Part shown: in pieces, positions 59,752 through 64,000 of the stretch
Position numbering within the stretch: position 1 is the first letter of the stretch
Layout: every line of letters starts with the position of its first letter
Assembly (NCBI GenBank): GCA_965217895.1
Contig: CBDCJV010000002.1
Coordinates: forward strand, 3,424,001-3,488,000
DNA from: Waterburya sp.
GTDB lineage: Bacteria > Cyanobacteriota > Cyanobacteriia > Cyanobacteriales > Xenococcaceae
Length of the DNA: 64,000 nt
Direction: 5' to 3'
Made by a program: the position numbers and the translations under genes
The notes under the pieces: model-generated
What the model was told of the DNA's origin: nothing
Database searches by the model: none
The model's input: the letters and a program-made list of their open reading frames with translations, nothing else

Positions 59752-60450
59752 TTACTCTTGGCTCTCAGATTCCACTACTTTTCGCTTAGAGAAACCCCAG
59801 GCAAAGAATATAGCTACTACTGCTACGGTTAACCATTCTGGAATGAAGTAATCTGGTAGCCAAACTTTTAAGAGCAGACGCAAGCCAACAAAACCAACGG
59901 TAATAAAGCCTGCGTCCTCTAGGTAAGTATATTCCTGTAGCCATTTGATAAACAAGCCTGCCAAGAAGCGTAAAATAATGATGCCGATCGTTCCACCAGC
60001 AATAATCAGCCAAGTATCTTCGGTAATGGCGATCGCTGAAGTTACGCTATCTAGAGAGAAAGCTAGGTCAGTAATGGCGATAGTCGGAATTACTTGCCAA
60101 AGAGATTTTAAACCTAAGCTGCGATGTTCATCCGTATTATCTTTATCACTAAAAAAAAAGTAATTAATAACTAGCCACAGGAGATACATTGCCCCTAATA
60201 GCTCAAACTGCCAATATTTAATTACCCAAGTAGCAGCCAAAATCAGGGCAATTCTCAGTACATATGCGCCGACTAGTCCAATATCAAGAGCCTGACGCTG
60301 TTTTTGCGGATCTTGAATGCTTTTAGCGATCGCAGCTAGGGCGATCGCATTATCAGCAGACAAAACAGCCTCTAGCAAAATCAAAACCAGCAGTATTAGA
60401 TAGGTTTCAACCCCAGCATTGGTAAAATAATTAACTATGTTTGACAACAT
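59752..60450 (-). CDS. TerC-family membrane protein
   Basis: LEAVLSADNA, DLAFSLDSV, multiple TMs. Confidence 0.93.
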   Translation of the reverse strand: MLSNIVNYFTNAGVETYLILLVLILLEAVLSADNAIALAAIAKSIQDPQKQRQALDIGLVGAYVLRIALILAATWVIKYWQFELLGAMYLLWLVINYFFFSDKDNTDEHRSLGLKSLWQVIPTIAITDLAFSLDSVTSAIAITEDTWLIIAGGTIGIIILRFLAGLFIKWLQEYTYLEDAGFITVGFVGLRLLLKVWLPDYFIPEWLTVAVVAIFFAWGFSKRKVVESESQE

Positions 60451-60623
60451 TTACTATATATTTTTAAATTAAAAAACACGCCCTGCCTACCATATAAATT
60501 GCTTGTCACCCCGTGAGCTATCGATCTAAAAATCCGTAGATTTTGTAATTTTCTCCTATTTTTATCCAGTTTTTTCTTAAGTTTCCTTCTTCATTATGTT
60601 GCATCTTGTTAAGTGTAGTTTAT

Positions 60624-61274
60624 TTATTCTCCACTCAACCAAGCGATCGCACTTCTGATCCATTCTTCTACGTTATTATTTTTAAGCAACTGATTATCTT
60701 GACTAAGAGCAGTTAAAACCTGTTCGATTTCCTCATTTGTATAGCCAAGAGCCATAAGAGTCATTTCCAAGTCTTCTTTAATTTCAGGTTTGGGAGCAAA
60801 AACAGCATCGGGTTGCTGTACTTCCACGCCAGATATATTGGAAATTTTGTGCCACTCAGCAAGCTTAGTCTTTAATTCTAAAGCAATTCTTTCGGCGGTC
60901 TTTTTACCTACACCAGGGGTTTTAGTGAGAGTAGGAATATTGCTGGTAACTATTGCCCCGACTAACTCTGCTATTCCCAAAGTGTCAATTAGGGCGATCG
61001 CCAACTGCATCCCAATTCCGCTAACAGCAGTTAATTGACGAAACAAATCTCTCTCTGCTAGCGTTGGAAAACCATAAAGAATCTGTTTATCCTCTTGGAT
61101 CTGTAAATGAGTAAAAACTTGCAGCAATTCATCTTGCTCTATATCTAACTGACGAGCAAAACGAGAATAGATTTGCATTTCATAGCCAATATTATTAACC
61201 TCTAAAATCAAAAAAAGGCGATTTTGAGTATTTTTGGCAATTTCTACTTTTTTACCCTTGAGGTAACTAATCAT
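60624..61274 (-). CDS. ruvA: Holliday junction branch migration protein RuvA
   Basis: MISYLKG, LYGF, VSGIG, PGVGKKTAERIALELK, ALGY. Confidence 0.97.
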   Translation of the reverse strand: MISYLKGKKVEIAKNTQNRLFLILEVNNIGYEMQIYSRFARQLDIEQDELLQVFTHLQIQEDKQILYGFPTLAERDLFRQLTAVSGIGMQLAIALIDTLGIAELVGAIVTSNIPTLTKTPGVGKKTAERIALELKTKLAEWHKISNISGVEVQQPDAVFAPKPEIKEDLEMTLMALGYTNEEIEQVLTALSQDNQLLKNNNVEEWIRSAIAWLSGE

Positions 61275-61334
61275 TAATTTCGTAGTTTAAATAGTTATTT
61301 ATTCTTTTACATTCGTTCCTTCTAGAGTGCGTAA

Positions 61335-62048
61335 CTAACCCAAATACTCTTTTGCCGACGGACAAAGGTGAACCAGTGGGCAGACTTCACACAAAGGTTT
61401 ACGAGCTTTACAAACTGCTCTACCGTGATAGATGGTGCGAATTGAATAATTTTCCCATTCTGACTGAGGTAGCAAAGCCATCAAATCCTTTTCGATCGCA
61501 ATTGGTTTATCAGATTTAGTCAACTGCCAACGGTTACTCAGGCGTTTGACGTGGGTATCTACCGTGATACCTTGAATATTACCAAAAGCATGAGCAGAGA
61601 CGACGTTAGCAGTTTTGCGAGCTACTCCTGGCAATTTTAATAATTGCTCCATCTCACTTGGAACTTTGCCATCAAAGTCAGTAATAATCATTTGACAAGC
61701 ACCCTGGATGTTTTTGGCTTTATGGCGATAAAAGCCCGTTGAACGAATTAACGCTTCTAATCGATCGCGATCGCATCCTGCAATCGCCCTAGCGTCAGGA
61801 AATTCAGCAAATAAAGCAGGAGTAACCTTATTTACTCTTATATCGGTACATTGAGCGGAAAGAATTGTTGCGACTAAAAGCTGTACGGGAGTCTCATAAT
61901 CCAGGCTACAGGTAGCATCAGGATATATTTGGGTTAACAGCGAAAAGATAGATTGCGATCGCTGTTTGAGAGCTTTACTGGGCGATTTACACCTGTTTCT
62001 AGTTGTTCTCTTGTTCTCTGTGTTAGTAGAAGTTTTATCAATGGACAT
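61335..62048 (-). CDS. nth: Endonuclease III
   Basis: LSAQCTD, LPGVARKTANVV, VDTHV, C-x6-C-x2-C-x5-C Fe-S motif. Confidence 0.97.
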   Translation of the reverse strand: MSIDKTSTNTENKRTTRNRCKSPSKALKQRSQSIFSLLTQIYPDATCSLDYETPVQLLVATILSAQCTDIRVNKVTPALFAEFPDARAIAGCDRDRLEALIRSTGFYRHKAKNIQGACQMIITDFDGKVPSEMEQLLKLPGVARKTANVVSAHAFGNIQGITVDTHVKRLSNRWQLTKSDKPIAIEKDLMALLPQSEWENYSIRTIYHGRAVCKARKPLCEVCPLVHLCPSAKEYLG

Positions 62049-62098
62049 TGAATTTAAGTAACGAGAGAAAAATATTAGAATCAGACCTTTTAAGGTGT

Positions 62099-62439
62099 CT
62101 ATTTTTGGGTTTTATTATGTTTATTTAATTGAGCAATATATATCGCTAACCCTGGTGTTGCCGGACGATGCCAAGCAACAATCAATCCCGTGACGGCAAA
62201 AGCGATCGCTAAAACACTTTCTAGACCTACAAAATATACTACATGGAAAGTTTCAGTCAAACCAAAATGCACTAAGTAGGAATGATAATACGTTTCAGCT
62301 TCACTTTGGAGTGATTCAATCCGAGCGAAAGTATTGCCACAGGCAGCTTAGCTACAATTGCTATCAGAAAAATTAAAATCGAAAATTTTCTTGTCTGCTG
62401 AAAGTTGCTTCTTAAAGATGTAATGTTTCTGCTGATCAT
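62099..62439 (-). pseudogene. Possible frameshifted membrane-protein remnant
   Basis: The ATG frame stops after 55 codons. A second frame carries YFVGLESVLAIAFAVTGLIVAWHRP. Confidence 0.3.
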
Positions 62440-62739
62440 CGTTTTAAATCTTTTATTATTCGTAACTACCCAAAATCCTCATTTAGCAATTGCAAAGCTA
62501 GCGGTCGGCATCGATTGAAAAAAAAGTTTCTAAATTTAACTTGACATTCAAGACAATCGCTTTGCCCAGATTTAAATCGATTAATTAGTGCGTAACATTA
62601 GAATACAACAAAGTCACAGACTACTCCGTCCGTTTAGGGTGGAATAATCTGTGACCGTTGGTCAGCAGCAAGCATCATGACTAACAACTAACTAATAACA
62701 GCTTATAAGCTGAGGTTTTATAGCAACCCGTGGCATATT

Positions 62740-63831
62740 TTATTGAAATAAATTCTGAAAGAATGCCAAATTCATAGTATCTCTGACAATGATAAATACA
62801 CCTAGGCTAAGTAGCAAAACTAAACCAGTTTGCATAATGCCATCTTGCAGCTTACTAGGTAGAGGTTTTCCAGTAACTCCTTCAACGGTCAAAAAGGCTA
62901 GCTGACCGCCATCTAGGGCGGGTAAAGGCAGAATATTAATAATCGCTAAGTTAATGCTAATTAACGCTCCAAACTGGAATAAATTCCCTAAGTCATTGCG
63001 AGCAAGTTCTGCACCCACTGCCACAATAGCTACTGGACCTGCTACCTGTTGAGCATTTTCGCTAAAGTTACTAATTAATTGCCAAAAACCCTGGACTGTA
63101 AGCTGGATAATTCTTTGAAACTCATTCGCACCAGTAGTAAAAGCTTCGACGATATTTTTGGCGCGACGACGCACAATGTCGCCATTAGGAGCAAGCATCA
63201 CACCAATTCTACCTTTACCATCTTGACCAATATTTGGCTTAACATCCAAGGTAATAGTTTCAACATCTCTTTTGATTGAAAGCCGTAGAGATTTATCAGG
63301 AGAATTTTGAATTGCGGTTCTTAGATTTTCTAAAGCCTTTCCTGAATCGTCTAGCTCCAGATTATCTATTTTTAGAATAATATCCCCTGGTTTAACCCCT
63401 GCTTGGGCAGCAGCGGATTCGGCTTCGTTTAACAACTGTGGTACTAGTACCCCTGGTCTATAGCTAATGTCTTGAAAGCCAACAGTTGTCGCTTGAGCGA
63501 CCAGCAGAAAATAGGCAAAAATCAAGTTAGCAATTACACCAGCACTAATTACAATTGCTCTATCTAAAACAGGGCGATTACGTAGTAAATTAGGATCATC
63601 TGGGGGAATAGTGCTGTCAGGATCATCATCAGGAAATCCGACATAACCACCTAGAGGAATAGCTCTGATGGCATATTCCGTTTCTGAACCTTGGTATTTT
63701 AAAAGAGTAGGTCCAAATCCGATTGAGAAACGGTTAACTCTGATTTTTTGTAACCGTGCTGCTGCAAAGTGACCAAATTCATGAACTACGATGAGTAGAA
63801 GCACTACTGAAATTGCTGCCAATACTGACAT
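62740..63831 (-). CDS. rseP: RIP metalloprotease RseP
   Basis: HEFGH, AIPLGGYV, PDZ domain, NILPLPALDGG. Confidence 0.96.
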   Translation of the reverse strand: MSVLAAISVVLLLIVVHEFGHFAAARLQKIRVNRFSIGFGPTLLKYQGSETEYAIRAIPLGGYVGFPDDDPDSTIPPDDPNLLRNRPVLDRAIVISAGVIANLIFAYFLLVAQATTVGFQDISYRPGVLVPQLLNEAESAAAQAGVKPGDIILKIDNLELDDSGKALENLRTAIQNSPDKSLRLSIKRDVETITLDVKPNIGQDGKGRIGVMLAPNGDIVRRRAKNIVEAFTTGANEFQRIIQLTVQGFWQLISNFSENAQQVAGPVAIVAVGAELARNDLGNLFQFGALISINLAIINILPLPALDGGQLAFLTVEGVTGKPLPSKLQDGIMQTGLVLLLSLGVFIIVRDTMNLAFFQNLFQ

Positions 63832-63925
63832 ATTTAAAAAATATTACTTTTATTAAGTGTTTCGGTTCGATTTACTATTCTAGAACATTCTTCTACCCCT
63901 ATTGGTTAAAAAAGGGAGCTTGACC

Positions 63926-64000
63926 ATGAGCAATAATTTAATTTGGCAACAGAATAGCAGAGATCGCAATAATGGCGATAATCTAGAGGCGATCGCTAAT
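63926..64000 (+). CDS. Hypothetical protein, 3'-partial
   Basis: GGGAG RBS; MSNNLIWQQNSRDRNNGDNLEAIAN runs off the window end. Confidence 0.5.
   Translation, partial: MSNNLIWQQNSRDRNNGDNLEAIAN

Noticed and set aside
62612..62656. Hairpin resembling an IS200/IS605 end
   Set aside because: No transposase or second end nearby; it could simply be a terminator downstream of rseP.

Overview
AT-rich cyanobacterial chromosome segment (frequent HIP1 GCGATCGC octamers, heptamer STRR arrays, small inverted-repeat elements). Housekeeping genes (cdsA, argS, thrC-like plus MoaD/ThiS, ruvA, nth, rseP) are mixed with accessory loci. These are a DUF262 + HEPN pair whose HEPN gene is cut by a TAG before its RxxxxH motif, an ECF sigma/anti-sigma pair with a candidate local regulon, a two-GTPase operon with an ABC fusion, and a TpsA/TpsB/CHAT cluster. 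The last gene of the GTPase operon has an A9 slippery run followed by two open frames, one membrane-anchored and one soluble. A ~15 kb integrase-bearing, HIP1-poor, virus-like element (about 44151-59271) starts at tRNA-Asp but ends at the 3' fragment of a different, Leu-like tRNA. It carries a lysozyme, a P-loop ATPase, a PD-(D/E)XK nuclease, two tandem decayed rolling-circle Rep remnants and unknown structural-looking genes, and I recognise no terminase, portal, HK97 capsid or tail gene. Two 48-nt hairpins sit in frame inside coding genes. All calls were made by eye from motifs; no database searches were run.
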